DNA of 37,266 nt from IMG/VR virus record IMGVR_UViG_3300030330_006200, positions 1 to 37,266 of that record, one strand, 5' to 3'. This DNA comes from a virus (lineage: Duplodnaviria; Caudoviricetes). The notes under the pieces were generated by a model that was not told the origin of the DNA, searched no databases, and worked only from the letters and a program-made list of their open reading frames with translations. A program made the position numbers and the translations under genes. Positions 37,064 to 37,266 of the stretch are shown here, in pieces. How positions within the stretch are numbered: position 1 is the stretch's first letter; each line of letters begins with the position of its first letter.

Positions 37064-37266
37064 CTAGAACAGAGATAGACTACTAAATAAGGAGTTTCGA
37101 ATCATAACATCAAACACATTATTGTCGCCTTCTAACGAGCTGAGAGGTGTATTGTAATCTAACGTAGTTAATCCATTATTATAGTCAATTAACCCACCTT
37201 CAATAGTATCATCAAATCTAGCAGATAAACTATAAAACTGATAAAATTTATCTACCTCGCCTGTTG
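37064..37266 (-). CDS. 3' end of a hypothetical structural protein (partial, runs off the window)
   Basis: Open frame of 66 aa (..TGEVDKFYQFYSLSARF..IRNSLFSSLSLF) ending in TAG at 37064-37066. Confidence 0.75.
   Translation of the reverse strand, partial: TGEVDKFYQFYSLSARFDDTIEGGLIDYNNGLTTLDYNTPLSSLEGDNNVFDVMIRNSLFSSLSLF

Noticed and set aside
155-37266. Stop-codon reassignment
   Set aside because: Conserved genes are full length in the standard code, and TAA, TGA and TAG all end genes at sensible positions.

Overview
An AT-rich, densely coding segment of a large T4-like (myovirus-type) bacteriophage in the standard genetic code. Left part (about 155-15795, mostly + strand) is a DNA replication/recombination module: uvsX, gp41 helicase, a DHH protein, gp32 SSB, a gp45-like clamp, RNase H and gp61 primase. 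Between uvsX and the helicase sits a modification-enzyme island: TylF-type O-methyltransferase, an atypical QueC, a stand-alone class II glutamine amidotransferase, a glycosyltransferase and a sulfotransferase. Right part (15790-37266, - strand) is a late structural module of baseplate/fibre genes. It ends in a three-gene cassette: L-type lectin-like protein, a 1307-aa mucin-like Thr/Pro-rich protein with a trypsin-like protease domain, and a glycosyltransferase carrying polypeptide GalNAc-transferase-like motifs. That cassette, together with an enriched L-S-[A/G/S] tripeptide in the structural proteins, is my best candidate for an undescribed system (phage-encoded mucin-type O-glycosylation of the virion). 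The window opens with the 3' end of a probable structured ncRNA (ROOL-like, from memory) and a terminator. Most promoter motifs lie 5-8 nt from a start codon with no Shine-Dalgarno sequence, suggesting leaderless mRNAs. All family calls come from reading motifs by eye; no database searches were run.
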